DNA from: Isurus oxyrinchus
Lineage: Eukaryota
Length of the DNA: 64,000 nt
Reading direction: 5' to 3'
Assembly: GCA_026770705.1 (NCBI GenBank)
Contig: JANJGN010000002.1
Coordinates: 2,294,001-2,358,000 of the forward strand
Shown here: positions 63,876-64,000 of the stretch, one piece after another
Layout: each line of letters opens with the position of its first letter
Numbering within the stretch: the stretch's first letter is position 1
Notes under the pieces: model-generated
What the model saw: only the letters and a program-made list of their open reading frames with translations
Told to the model about the DNA's origin: nothing
The model's database searches: none
Made by a program: the position numbers and the translations under genes

Positions 63876-64000
63876 GTGCTGGAAGTGTTAGCCTGGATTA
63901 TGTTGGCAGCCTCTGCAATGGGATTTGAAGTGATAGTCCTCTCACTCAGAAGCGAGGGAGGGTGCAACCATTTGAAATAAACATGAGTGCTGACATCATC

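Noticed and set aside
62993-63967. 324-aa and 254-aa repeat ORFs (RECHTVRGSVL)
   Set aside because: Translations of the SINE-derived 33-bp array within a PTK2B intron.

Overview
Vertebrate genomic DNA, almost certainly from a cartilaginous fish (shark-type CR1 LINEs, DeuSINE/SacSINE1-like SINEs, Penelope-like elements). Two spliced genes can be rebuilt on the minus strand. (1) The last 12 coding exons of PTK2B/PYK2 (kinase C-lobe, proline-rich region, FAT domain; 62401 down to 34425). (2) About 21 kb downstream, an unassigned type-I membrane Ig-superfamily receptor: leader, two germline-joined VJ-type V domains, a neutral TM with GxxxG, and a tail with YANI and a probable ITIM (13169 down to about 537, about 391 aa). 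The rest is mostly repeats: CR1 and other LINEs, SINEs, a Harbinger-type MITE, a decayed Harbinger Myb gene and several minisatellites. There are also two families of Penelope-like elements that carry minimal hammerhead-ribozyme motifs, including two inverted-repeat insertions with 11-bp target-site duplications. All calls come from reading the sequence by eye. Homology statements are from recall, no searches were run, and repeat boundaries are approximate.
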